From the NCBI GenBank assembly GCA_051294905.1, contig CM119372.1:18912001-18972000 (forward strand): a DNA stretch of 60,000 nucleotides, in the 5' to 3' direction. Each line of letters starts with the position of its first letter. The first letter of the stretch is position 1. This DNA is from Botryllus schlosseri. Lineage: Eukaryota. Shown here in pieces: positions 12,216-26,400 of this stretch. A program made the position numbers and the translations under genes. The notes below the pieces were generated by a model, which searched no databases, was not told the origin of the DNA, and worked only from the letters and a program-made list of their open reading frames with translations.

Positions 12216-12663
12216 TAGGCTTACCATATTTTGGAAATCAAAAAAGAGGACACTTTTTCAGAAATTTGCAACTTGCAAAACCGGAGTGTAATTCTCAAAA
12301 ACCGGTTAATTTCTCCCACTTTGTGATCGGTTGACTAAAAAAAACAAAAAAAAAAAAGTCATCTTTTCGCTCAAAATAACGTTTTTTACTCCACATTGCC
12401 AGGTAGATGACTAAAAAAAAAAAAAAGGTCATCTTTTCGCTCAGAGCTAAAATCACCGTTTTTCACTCCGAAATACCCGTCGGAGCTTCACTTCTGTGCT
12501 AATATGCGGCATATCACTCGCAATTTGCTCTAAATCTGCTCTAAATCTCAAAAAAGAGGACAAAATCTCAAAAAAGAGGACAAAAGGGCGTCCTCCGAGG
12601 ACACTTTCAAAAAAGTCAAAAAAGAGGACAAATCCTCTTAAAAGAGGACGTATGGTAAGCCTA
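12216..12663 (+). mobile_element. hAT-type MITE, family A (AAAAGAGGACA subterminal motifs)
   Basis: TIR TAGGCTTACCATA / TATGGTAAGCCTA; perfect 8-bp TSD GTTTATGA. Confidence 0.92.
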
Positions 12664-12689
12664 GTTTATGATGAATTGCATTGTCTCAA

Positions 12690-12927
12690 GTGAGGCAGCA
12701 CGACCTCCCGTGCCTCACCTGAGCCTCACCTCTCCTTTCGCGCTGTATTTTTGAACAATATATGTATGAAAATTGGTGATGTTGGATGAAAAAATGTTCG
12801 AATTTAGTTATTCATTAATATCGACGGTAAATATCAATAAATAATTGAAGGTGTCACAACTTCCTTTACTCATCCTGACGACAGGAGAGGCACTGCCTCA
12901 CTTGCCTCCCTTGACCGCACGTCACTG
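12690..12927. mobile_element. hAT-like MITE end (GCCTCAC motifs)
   Basis: Ends ...GAGGCACTGCCTCACTTGCCTCCCTTGACCGCACGTCACTG; a near-identical end recurs at ~44170-44227. The other terminus was not found. Confidence 0.55.
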
Positions 12928-12934
12928 TTTTGAA

Positions 12935-13355
12935 GCGAGTCCGAGTCCAAGTCATTGTGCTCACTGTTCAGTTTGGAGTTCAATCCGGTTCAACCCACTT
13001 TTTTCAACTCTGCTTGAGAGATATAGAATGACTCGCAATCATACTATTGTAATTTTCTTTAGTCCTAACAATTTTTGGTCCTATTTTCCAAGTATCAGGA
13101 CTGTTAGAAGAAATACCAATCATATGGTGATTTTACTATATTATACGAAGTTACCATGAAATGTCTGTCTTTGCCGTCCTAGTTCGAGTCATGTACAATG
13201 ACTCGAGTACAAGTCGAGTCAATACACAAATTGACTCGAGTCGAGTCATTTTACCCATTTGGAAAAATAACTCGGGTCAAGTCGAGTCACCAAAAATCGT
13301 GATTAGAGTCGGACTCAAGTCGAGTCATGAGACGACTCGAGTCATTACAACCCTG
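12935..13355. mobile_element. MITE fragment rich in GACTCGAGTC palindromic motifs
   Basis: Repeated GACTCGAGTC/CGAGTC motifs ending in ...ACAACCCTG; related motif clusters at ~36575-36690 and ~41730-41810. Confidence 0.6.
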
Positions 13356-13702
13356 GGCAATTGGCATGTACATTGAATCAAAAGTAATAAAAGATTACAT
13401 AAAAGTGACAAGATATGAGAATGGAGTGACGTGTGTCGTTACTCGTTTTACCAACTCAGGTTTTTCGCTTGGCCTCAAGGGGAGGCCGCCATTAACTACA
13501 TTCCGTAACTTTCAATTCGTTGTAACCGATTAACAAAGTTGGCTATTCGTGCGACGTGAAAGTTCGAACACGGCACCAAGTACAATGTGGACCGGAATTT
13601 GTTATCACAATAACTTGTACAGCTTAGGTTAGCGAAAAGGGCGCGAAAACTATACTTAGCGGCGAAATCAGCGTTGCAGGCTGCATGCAATGCATTCACA
13701 GC

Positions 13703-14950
13703 AAGAGGAGGTCAGTAACGAAGTACTTCTACTTTTTCGAAGTACTCAAGTAGTTTTCCTCTACTGCTGGTACTCACTCAAGTAGATATTTTTTTGCTAC
13801 TTCTACTTCGTATTATTTTGTGAATTACTTACTTACTTTTCGCTATTTTCCGTTTGTAAAATAGAAGTAGTTCAATCCCCCAATAACAAAGATAGCCTAA
13901 GGAATTTCGGGGCTGCTTTCAGGTAGCACCAACATTTAATTTTCATAAAAGTCATGTAATACCCAGAATTTTCGTTGCGCTTCGCGCACAGTAGATATGA
14001 AGTGACAAATATGTTTTAACGAAAGTATCGCTGAATATAATTTAGATACCGGGTTGATGTGGTTCTGTTCACACTACATTGTCGCCTATATCAAATATTT
14101 CATCACAGTAAGTATGCTCCCCCCCCCCTCCATAACGCTTGAAACTACCGTTTCGCAATCTAGCAATTACCTACTAGCAGCCCATGACGTGCCTTAATAT
14201 GGAAAAGTGGAATTTTTAACGTTAGACCTGTTTTAGCAGACCACCGTTGAAATGAGACATGAAATATATTTCCTCTTTTTAGAAGTAGTATTTGTATTTT
14301 TCTTTCAATTACAAGTATTATGCGTTGAGTTCTAATTACAGTTTCAGTTCTTTTTTCTGGAAAGCATACATGTTGAAGTATAAAAGCAAGTGTAGTAATG
14401 CCTTATATTTTCCTAAATTAAAGCTATACATTATATGGCATTTTTACGATCTGCCATATTTTTAATTAACGTATACTAATCGCGCAAAGAGTTAAAGCCG
14501 CATCCGACACAACGTCTCCGTATTGCTCTTCGACTAGGGGCCTTATAATATGGGGGAGGGCGCCATGCCATGATATTGGGTGTTCGAGTAAACAAAGGAT
14601 TAGTATCGCATCTCCATAGCAATACTATCATTTACATCCCATGATGTGGACGACTGCTTATTCTGTCGAAAATTGACACCTCCTGGGATGCATCAATTTG
14701 AATCAAGCTCTCTACACCTTCCGCATAGCTCCGTTTGTAGCTTTTGACAGTCCGTGCGAACGAATTACGATCGTTTTCATAACTATACTTACTTACTTGA
14801 GTAGATTTAAAGTCAGTCGATTCTACTTAAACTTCAAGTAGTCTTAGGTTGCTTATGAAGGAAGTACTTCTACTCGTACTTGAGTAGATTTTTTCGTCGC
14901 TACTTCTACTTCTACTTGAGTAGTTTTCTTGACTACTTTGACCACGTCTG
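13703..14950. mobile_element. hAT-type non-autonomous element with (CTACTT/AAGTAG) subterminal repeats
   Basis: 8-bp TSD TTCACAGC (13695-13702, 14951-14958); degenerate TIRs; TACTT/AGTAG motif clusters at both ends. Confidence 0.75.
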
Positions 14951-17445
14951 TTCACAGCCATATACGTTCAGCATGGGATATCCTTGGTTCAGTCGTTCAC
15001 TGTATGTTTTCAATTTCTTAGGTTTGAATTACCACTCCTACAGTCCTCACTATCTGGTTATCAGTAGCCTGTCTCAACAACAATCATCCCCTTAAAATTT
15101 AATCGCTTAACATAGCCTACATATCACAATCGGGTAAATCGTATGACATACACGACTCGATAAAAATCCGTATAATCACGTAATCAAGGATTCATAGGTC
15201 ATGTTGTACGGCGTTTGGCCTATACTTCGTTTATTCTATCTGTATATGATAAGAATTCATACCTAGATTAATCTTCATTCGGTTGCGAAGGAGATGATTA
15301 TTTTGTTTATTAGTCACACGCTTTTGGAGCCTATGGCTCCTTCACCGAGCCATAAAGGCGAAAATCTGTAGGAAAATGTTGCATTTGCAGTTTCACAAAT
15401 CTTTTCTGTTATTTACGGTTTCGGTGTCAATATCGAAACACTACAATTTCTCGGTAGTTCATTCATAAGCTTATAATCGACGTAGGATATATAGTGCATC
15501 TAGGAAAGCGTACAAGAATCACATTTATTTTCGATTAGTATAATTCAGAGCAACACTTCTTACGAGGCGTGAAATATTCTGTGAGAAATGATTAAATGCA
15601 TAGGCTACGCATCATTGGACCGAGAAGGACTAAAAGTTTCAATTTCGGCTGCAAGACGTATCATTTTCAGTTCCCCAAATACGGCCTTCTGACAGGTTGC
15701 TGGGACAACGCTGATCTAGTTATTCAGGGATAAGGGCCGAGGCCTCATCTGTGAGGGAAGATCGGTCTCGCACCTCTTTTAAGTTTCATAGAGGCTCAGA
15801 TATAAATTATGATGATTGATTTGATGGGCAGTTTACTGGTTGTGCCTAAGAATTCGCGACCTTCACGAATATCACGAAGAAAACTTGAGCAAAATCACAT
15901 GAAATTGCCATGGATTATTTTGAAGAAGAATTGTATTTAAGTGTTTATAAACATTGACCTATGAACTGATATCCTCAGCAATTATGTGCCTATAAATCAC
16001 TATTCGAACTGTTTTGTTACTTTATTTCCACCGCGCTATTTGCTCGTTCCGCTTATTAGTATCGATAGGGAATGCATTTATCTGGCTATTGTCACGTTTA
16101 AATTCAGACAATAGCGATTGACGAATTATATATTGGAAAATAAAACAATGCCGACTATATTTAAGGCATTCTATTTTTACATTGTCTAGAAACGTGTAAA
16201 TTTCCGAGATTTGTGGGCGCATCTGAAAATATTATCTACTAACTCTCCTATAAAACAGTATATGAAGAGGCGGAAACGTGTATCGTATTGCGTTCAGTTC
16301 TATATATCCCTGCCTGGATTAGTTATTCAAAACATGTTAATATATCACGTTAGTAAGTTAGTAAGTATTAGTATGCAGTGGAGAATGCGAGACAAGTCTG
16401 CCGAAATATAAATTCATATTTTTAAAATTTCTAATTGTGATAAATGCTATGGACGGAATGCTAATTTTCGTCGGTTTGATGGAAAATCACGGTCAATGAT
16501 ATAATTTGATCAATACATAATGGCATAACTTCTAATTTATTCACCTGGAATATTCCATTTATTAAATGCTATAGGTCTATTATTAACCTACTCCAAGACA
16601 CCTGCAACCCTGAATGGAGCCATGAAAGCAATGATATAGTACAAAACCATTATGGATCGTATTTCAGTATCACAATCACTACGAAAGGCGAAAAGCAGAC
16701 GCAATCTTACTTTTGGTCAATATTTTGAGGCTTACTTTCATTCGCAATAAACAAGGTGGTCGTAACTAACAAAAACGTATCGTTTGCGATCAGCGATTTT
16801 GCGAAATAAATATATTTCAACATTAAAAATATGGAAATTCAAACTGAGGATCTATAAATATATGAAGAATTTTCTCTTCAACACAACAAAGATCCGAAAG
16901 TACACTAGCAGGCAAACGATCAAATAGTTGCGGCAATTCGAAATTATCTATCCGAAACCAATCGCATTCAAATACATTTTTGTTGTGCGATCGTTTCAAG
17001 TCATGCGGCATTTGTCCGCCCAGCAAATTTGAACACAGAGCGCGTTTGTCGTGTGTCTGCAGTATCGCCACGTCCATTTTCTTTTCAAAGTGGCATTTTC
17101 GGTATACGTCCGGCGTCAAGGCATGCTGCTAGTTGCCCTGAAAAAAATTCAAAGTCACAAATAGCTGCCACACGTGTCAATGCTTGTCAACAAAGCTATT
17201 AACATCGATCGACACTCGAAAGATGCTGATTTATCCAGCGCCCGCGGCAAACCGTATTTTATTGAACTCTAGTTTAAATTCACCGTGAAAGTAGTTTGAG
17301 GCTGTCAGTTCCCCAACAGCTGTCGAGGTGAGATTTACTTTCGACGTCGTGATTTCGATGGTCATGGCGGTTAGGGATTATATGTTTTGTTTGTCAAATT
17401 ATAATAATGTTTGTTTGATATTCAGGGATCATACTAGGCTGTAAA

Positions 17446-20400
17446 ATGTTGGCTTTACATAATTTTCGTCGCGAGATCTCAATTTTAATATTTATTTTCC
17501 ACTGCTTCATCGTGGATTTAGCCATGGGAGCTCTTGGAGATGTGATTACAAATTTTCCCGATCCTATTAACTTCAAAGCCTTGGATATTAGCGAGAAAAA
17601 CGACACCAATACGTCTTCTCAATATGAAACCGGAGACGGATATGTCATTCCAGATCATCTTCTGGATCCTGTCATGTACAAATGGTTTCCTAATCACGAT
17701 TTTCCGCCAACCGATCCGCCGACCGTGCCAGGAGAAACTCCTCTTTTATCTCGACAAATGAGCAACACTAGTGCTACTGAATATTCGCAAGTCGAATCCG
17801 ACGACTCCAGAAATCATGCGAATCATTCGAATACGGAGAGCAAGTCAACGCAGCTAGCTGTCCTTATCGAGCAATTCTCAGAAGTTCCGGAAGGTAAGAT
17901 AGCATAGATATTGCGCAAAATTTATAACTGGTGTCGGCCTACTTCTGCTCTACACACCGACTTTCTGTGGTTAATTGAGATGATCAATTGCGGTGTTTTG
18001 ATAACGATGAGTAAGCCTATAGTAACAGTACCACAGTTCATATTGTTATCTCGTGTTAACTCTGAGTGACGAAGCAGTAATGGTCCGTCTATTGATTCGT
18101 GAACGGCCCAGTCATCTATAATCTCAAAACGATTCACCGCATTGCGTGGCTTCTATACTATATATGGACTATTTATTTGGCACATTATAGGCTATTTCAG
18201 TCGCAAGATCTGTAAAGCCCATAACCTGTGTAATTCCGACCATACGTTCTTGTTCTGAGTCGCCAGCCAAATCATAATTACTCGCACAAACCGCAACATG
18301 TATGCCAAAGAGACAGATACAACAACAAGGTTTGTTTAGTCTCCGGGAACGATGACTAATTTTGAACTTTGCACATAAAATCTTCCTTATTTGGCAATAT
18401 CGTAGGATGGGTTAGGCATATACCTTTTACCTTCGACCGATAAATATCTAGCATTCTATATTTCGATTTCTGTATATTTAAGAATTATTATAATAATTCG
18501 TAAATTATAGCTACAAGTTTCAACGAACCCCGGGATTGGTTGACAATAGAATTGACGTTACATTCCCTTATATAATGTTTCTTAGTTCCATATAGAAAAC
18601 ATATAGTCAATCGCATAAATCGTGTTAGTGTTACTGAAAAAATACTGCGCGAAAGGAATAACGTTCGTAGAAGACGGTATTCTTGAGGACGTATTTACCG
18701 CAGGAATACGTGCGGATATCTGTATGCAATCTTGCAAATTTACTGTAGCGACAGTAAAATTCATGTGTAAAATGTATATTTTCCCTGCTAATTCGCACTG
18801 GTGAGACAGCAGTTACTTGTGTATACAGAATAAGATTACACGCTGAAATATAAAATATATCAGCAATGCGCAATTTTAAATATGCGCAGAATACATCATA
18901 AGTTGAATGTATTTTCTAGCAGCGTTTTTTTTTTTTCATTACTAATTTTAGTATTCTTCAATCAACTAGGATACAGTTCTTCGCGATATAACTCACCAAA
19001 TCACGTCAGACACGAAGCACAATCTTTTTAATCAAAAGGGACGGAGCGAATTATTTGGCATAATTAAACACAATATGGTTTCGAATACAGTAATACAGGC
19101 ATTAAGATGAATAGGGGCCTTAAAATCACCGGTTGTAACATCCTTAATCCATTAAACTAATGAGAAATTTCAGTCGCGTGATTAATGAGTACAGGAATAT
19201 TCAGCAGATATAAATAGACTTCTAGTTTTATGACGTTTTGTCGATTTGGCGTCTCTTCAGAAGACTGGGCTGAATGTGGGTAACTGCAATGCAGCAACAT
19301 GCTGGTAGCATCATATATTTTTAGCTGCGCAGCTGGTATTTTTAGGTTCTTTCTTGAAATTAATATATTTATATCGCCAAATCCGATGAAGATGAGATTT
19401 TGATTGTCCTGTTGTTGTTTTAGAAATATACATATACATCAATAATTCCCATATAATCAAGATTTATGATTCATTCTCCGAAAAAGAAGTGTTATTAGCG
19501 TTAATATTAGAGTGTCACTTCTTTTATTGTAATACTTGGTATTACGTATAGTAACATTCCATCGAAACATTCTCATCGCTATGTACGTTGTGCGGCGCAT
19601 TACAGGTGCTAACGCGATATCCGAACAATAATTTACAGGTTCAGATATGTGTAATTGGAGATGAAGCCTTTAATTTTTCGATATTCATGTCATCATCTCA
19701 AGTATCGCATCAAGCTTCAGAGCTTTGCTGAGCCTTGATCCACGATTTTTCTGGGTAGGAAATCATTACGCACGTCGCTCAAGTGGAATAAATTCTAAAA
19801 GGGTGTTATTTTTGGTTGCTTACCCGTCTTAGAATAGATTCATGACAATTGCGAGTAGTATTTTGTCAAAAGTATATAAGCAAATACAATTATTGTGAAT
19901 TTTCACACACATTATAGGCTATATACTCTATGGTTATAATAACAGCGTTGTGCTCATCTACAATGTTGAATAATGTCATATAGATCAGTTGACAGGGACG
20001 ATGAGTGAGACTATACGTGAACCAGTGACCTTTTAAAACTTCGAAGTTAATAGACCCTATAATACCGATGACCATAATTTGAGGATTGTCCTATCGATGT
20101 ATATAATAACGAAATTATGTCCCAAGCCATAATTGTCTATAATTATTGTGTTGAGGTTGGGTAAGACTGGTTAATATAGAGCCAAGAGAAGTAGAACTTG
20201 CATATAGCTGATTATAACAGTGATATTAGTGCATGTGTTCTAATTATTATTTTATTTCATAGGCTCACGCGTCATGCACTCTTTTCAAATATAAGTGAAT
20301 AATTTCCACCAGCCCGATATTTCTTTTTAGTGTTCCTGCTCTGTTGACTTATAGCACGGCCCTCTTTCGTTCTAGGCTTTCCATGACATCGCTTGCGCTG

Positions 20401-23400
20401 ATCATTTTTATTTATCAATTCGCGTGAAGTAAATATATATATTGCCTGATGACCTTGTCCTAATGTATTTGTAACTTAGTATGGTTGATATGGGATGGTT
20501 AACGTAATAAAAGGTTCAACTTTCGATTTAAGCGGTTAAAACGGTTTAGGGTGTAGCTATCGCCATATAGGTTTGTTCAGGGCCAGTTTATATCGTATTC
20601 CCAGTATATACGGTTGAGAGATCGCATTATGACGTGTCCCGGTGTCCGCATAATATGATACTTATTTATACTCATATTTTAAAATTATATATGATCAGTA
20701 TACCTACCAAAATATGCTCTAACTGGAAACTTGTGGAACTGGTTACAAAACGTTTTGCGACGCGGGTACATTCTTTTCAGTCTGTCTATCTTCTCTATAA
20801 GCCGCAAATCACCGTTCCCCAAAATATCCTCTCCGCAAAAGATTCTGTATGATGGAAAGATAAAGTCAGCAATATACGATCGTCTCTGGAGGTACAAAAC
20901 CTTCATATTGCAATAAGACAATATGTTGGTATTGCCAAATTTATTCCAATTTGAGATTGACTCTCATCAGGAGCGAACGGCAGAAATGAGATTCACCAAA
21001 TTCGAAATATCGAAAAAAAATTGTCGTTGTGTCGTAAAAATGACAAGTAAGCATACTCGCGAATGGCATTTAATAATGCAGAGGTGACGGTATATTGGAT
21101 ATAACAGTCACAAATTCGTCTTTGAAAATAACCGAATAACAGCACAATAACACTAATGAAATCTTCCCTGAGTATAAATAAGTTTTTTTCTGACGTCAGA
21201 GCGAGGATGCAAAACAGTTGGAAAACTGCTATATAGCTTACTGCTTTCTGGTTAATATGTGTGCAATGTGCATGCGGATACGTAATTGAAGTTTAAGGAT
21301 TCCTATTTAAATTATAGACGAGGGATTTCGGGATGACGACCGACACGTACAAAAGACCATAAAATCCCGACATAAGCGGGAGGTACAACGCTTTGCGAAA
21401 CGAAACTGGGCCTCAAGCAAACCCCGGGCTTCTGCACGGCCATGGAGCAGGAAACCGACCAGAGTTCCACCCCCGAATACCCAACGTCCACGCAAGCCAG
21501 AAACTCCCAAAGCGACACAAATGTCCATAACTAAAACTCCGATCACGAACGTTTCTCAAAAGACGACGCTGCATACACCAAAAAGCACATTGTCTCCAAA
21601 GCGTCAAAACGGAACGCGCAATTTTCCGAATCGTGTCAACGCTGTTCAGAGATTACCTGTCACTCCTAGGAAAAGCTCCAGTCCTCAAACGTTGACAGTC
21701 GTCAGACCGGACTTGAATCGAAAGGGTCTTATAAAAGCAACAACTTTAAAACGCCAGGCCCCGCAATATGACGCACTAGCAACGGTGAGCATCAATTACA
21801 TCAATCGTAATACTTTTCTGGTATAAGATGATTGCTATAATTCCCGTATTTCTTATTACTCGAAAAATATAATTCATGCGACTGCAGCGAGGAATACCGT
21901 CATATGATTTAAATCTGGTACAATGTCTATAATTTCTAACTTATACATGTGTGATCTTTGGTATGGACTGTGGTATGGTATGGTGTGTTCTTTGGTCTTT
22001 TTGGTGGAGTTCGAAACAAATCGATGTTTGTGCGCCCACCCCGAGAATTGGGAATACTTGTGTGGGGGATTTATTTCCATATAATTATATAAATACCTGA
22101 CAAATATGCCATACTGTACATTGAAATGTTTAAATAGGTTCCTTGTGGTACAGAATTTGAATATTGCAACGAACAATACATTCATATTCGCAATTTATTC
22201 ACTATAGACTATTCTCTCCGTGTATTTCATTAGTGTTGCGTCTCTGGCTATATAGTAGGCCTATAGCTTATTTGTATTGCACTAATTGCATTTTTGCTTA
22301 ACGCTCTCGTTTTGTGAAATCTCTCGTTGTTGTTGTTGTTATACCATTCTTACTTCACACTACCTATTTCATCTTTACATTTCGAATTGCAATCTCCGTA
22401 TTATACTGATGGCCACTACCGACGAGGGTCAGTTGAAAAGCTTATAGTGAATAAATTGCGAATATGAATGTGTTGTTCGTTGCAATATTGAAATGTTTCC
22501 AAATACCCACACTGCTAATGACGTATTTGAGCATTGAGGCCACAGATAAATATATGGGCGTAAAATAGGTATATTTTTACTGGCAGGTTTCCTCCAACGC
22601 AGGGTGAAAAAGTTACATATAGTCTAATTCTAAGTCAAAATCAAAATCATGGATTCGTGAAAATATTTTAGACCGTGATTACAATTATCCCAATATTGTG
22701 AATTATTTCCCGCTGAAGAGCATATTATCCTTATTGGATCCATAAAATCTTTTCGTCTGCATTCTTCTTCTGGAGCTAAATAAGACTGAAAACCTTTCCG
22801 TAGCAACTGCGAATCCGAACGACGTATTCAAAATGGAATATGTGGATGAAATGTTCTTCGAGCGATTGCGACAAAGCCGGAAGACAACTAAGAACAAGGA
22901 GCTGCTTTGCAGATAATCTGACCGGAGCCAATTTTGAAAAGTGCAGCTACAGTATGTTGTTCAGTTTCAATGGGTATAGGCTAACTACGAATTCTGTGGC
23001 AGTGGCTGTTGCAAACTGCATGCGTGTGCGGCATACGATTTATTCGTCGATCAACAAACATTGACGATGTAACAGGTTATGGCGTCTAAAGTGTTATGTC
23101 TAGGGCCATTTAAAGTCCTTAAAGTCATATTTTTTTCTATGCATCAGTAAGTCGTGAAATCAACTTTAACGCAAAAATCGCATCCATATGGGGTATATTA
23201 AGAAAGTTATAAAGTCATATAAAGTCATATTTTCCTGGTTAGGTCATATTTGAGTTATAAAGTCATATTGTTGTATACTTTAAATAAAAAGTGCCAATTG
23301 AAGCAATTACGCACTAAGAAAGTAAGGCAATTTCTGATTGAACGAAGGCAAACTGTAGGGTTAGCCTACATAACATTACAGTCGCAGACCTATGAGGTCA

Positions 23401-26400
23401 CACATTGCATTGTGTTGATACACAATCTGTTTTACTTCTGTGCACTGAAGTGGGACGTAATTTGAAGTTCAGAGACTTCCACAAGCGAAAGAAATAGTCA
23501 ACGCATGAGAAGCTGAAGGAGTTATTGTCAAGAGCGTCAAAGATTCAGTGAACGATCCAAAGTTGACGAGTCAGTTAACAGAAATATGCCTCCACTGCAA
23601 CAATATTTCAAACTTGATACTGAAAATGGAAAGTTGTACGTACACCATCAAAGAGGCCCATGCTGATCTAAATGCCCTCGATTTCGGAAAAGAGCCGCTT
23701 GAGCTCAAAAATTACATTAAGAAGCGATTGGACGAAAACGATGTGAAACAAATTATGGAGCTACAAAGACAAGACATTTCACCAGCGCTGTATGCAAAAC
23801 TGCAGAAATGTCAACCAACATCAGCGTCTGTGGAACGCTCATTTTCCTTACTAAAGTCATTTCTACTTCCAAATGGTAACTTTAAAGACTCCAACATTCC
23901 ACACTACATGAAACTGTACTACAAAAGTGGTTTAAAATGAAAATGGATGTGTATTATTGTTATGTTGTTCATGTTTTACTCGTCAGTTCCATGAGCGACG
24001 TTGGTTACATGTAAAAATACACGATTTTCGCATAAAGTCATATAAAGTCATATTTTCCCAAAAATAAAGTCATATAATTGAATTTTTAAGGTCATATAAA
24101 AATGGCCCTAGTTATGTCCATACAAACAAACAAAATCTCTTTCAAAAATGGCCTGAACCTTTCAAGCACTAGTTTTGTAAGGTATACCTTGCAGCCCATA
24201 ACGGACATCTGGATCCATATTGGGAAACGCCGGTAAAAACGGCATTGAGATGCCTGAGAAAAGTTTGGAAGAGAACATTGGAATTTTTGAGATAGCTCGC
24301 AAAATACGTAATTTTACGTTTATACGTTAATACGTTTATTTACGTAATTATTTATTTTACGTGGGTATCATCATTATTAAAAGTTTAGAGTGGCACTTAT
24401 CGCCCGTTAAGGTCATGTGCACCACTTGGGTCACCATATTTTGGGTGTCTGAAAAGAGGACACTTTTTCAAAATTCTCAGACTCACAATACTGGAGTAAA
24501 GTCCGAAAAAAAATAATGAGTTTGTAAAAACGGTCATCTGTCCGGCTCAACTCCCGAAATACCGACTTTCTATGAGATTTTCCGTTGACTGACTAATAAG
24601 GCTCAAGTCCCGAAAATCCCGCCGGACCGTTACTTGAGCGCTGATTTCCTATATCTCGGTCCAATTTCCGCACGTACATTTAACCAAAATTTCCAAAAAA
24701 GAGGACAGATTCTAAAAAAATGAGGACATTTAGGCGTCTTCCGAGGACACTTTCAGAAAAGTAAAAAAGAGGACAAATCCTCTTAAAAGAGGACGTATGG
24801 TAACCCTAGCACCACGGACTACCACACAAACAAATTCAGAAAAAAATGCATTCAAGTGAAACTGCTGCTAGAAATAACAAATTCATATACTACGGGCAAT
24901 AGGTGGTTTAATTGGAGCAAAGCGACAAATACCGTTGTGAGGTCACTGATCAAAGATATGAAGCTTTTCTGCATTTGCAATTCTACAATCACACCGATAA
25001 GGATGATGTTTCCGAATTCCTATACTGATATATCCTAGGGTTACCATACGTCGGGATTTTTTTTTCTCCGGATTTTACTCCAGTGTTCGAAGTTTGAAAA
25101 TTTTGAAAAAGTGTCCTCCTTTCCCGATTCCAAAATATGATAACCCTAATATATCCGATTTCAGGTAACCTGGTGGAGGAACGCCCATGTAAACCAAAAT
25201 TATGTCCTACGAAGCCTTCAAAGACGATTACGAGGTATCAGACTTTGTTCATTTTCAATATGAAAGTTGAAAATGAGAATTTCAAGAAAATATTCCTTCT
25301 AGCACGAGTAAGTGGTCCACTTGGAGTTCGTGCAGTGTAACCTGTGGATTAGGTGGTGCGCAATCAAGGAGAAAAACATGCTTCAAGGCGATCGGTGACG
25401 GATCACAACAAAACAGCGTAGTGTGAGTAAATATCTATTTAAGGAGCTTCCTGGAGGTATACATAACTTCAATATACAGTTGAATAGTATAGTCATATTG
25501 AAATGAACCCGAATATCTGTTTGTCTGCGTGGATGTGGATAACAGTATAGTTACGGAGTGAAATATATACGCAAACTTGGAAGCTTGACTTCAAAATTAT
25601 AAATCAATCCGAACTGCGAACGATATAAGTAGGACACCAGGCTGCTAAGTTACCATCCGCCATATCTATCGTGTGACTTATATATGTGATATCATATCAG
25701 ACTCGATATACACACATCAGGTATTGAGGTAACAGTTTCTGTGTCATTTAGTAGATGCAGTGGAATATCTTTTCAAAGAAGACCCTGTCGCTACTCGGTT
25801 GGTTGTCCATTGTGGGATACGTGGGGTTCTTGGAGTAAGTGCTCGAAAACTTGCGGTACGGATGGAGTAGCATTCAGGACAAGAAATTGCATCGTGAAAA
25901 GATACATTACCTTTGATCTGAATGGTGAGTGTTTCGCTAACGTTTGCTTCCATATCACGAAGGGTTGGTTCTAAAATATGACACTTTCTCAAGCATCTAT
26001 AGGCCAAGGTCGATGGCGATGCCATATGTAAATATATATATATATATCAAACAGTTGTGGACAGGCGCAACCATATCTATGTTGTCCTCCTTCGCATTGA
26101 CTTCCAGTTAATGCCTTTCATAAAACTTGTCAGTTCGTTCGAAAGTAAAATGTTTCCTAACTGTCAATAGGTTATAGTTATAAAGTCCCGTAATACAGTC
26201 ATAGGACCGGATTATTTTATAGGTGTTGAGGACGCAGTTGACAGCAGTCTGGATCCGACGACTATGCAAAATCCCAACATCGTTAATAAGGTTTGAAACT
26301 TTATGAAGTCAGTTTTTGTCATGCATGTATACAGTGAAAGTATTACCCTGTATTGTGAACAACGGGCCTTTTCTATACTTGGAACTATTCTTTTATAATT

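Noticed and set aside
18191..18330. Extra protease exon after TTATAG/TTTCAG acceptors
   Set aside because: There are stops in all usable frames, and exon 1 splices in phase directly to 21318.
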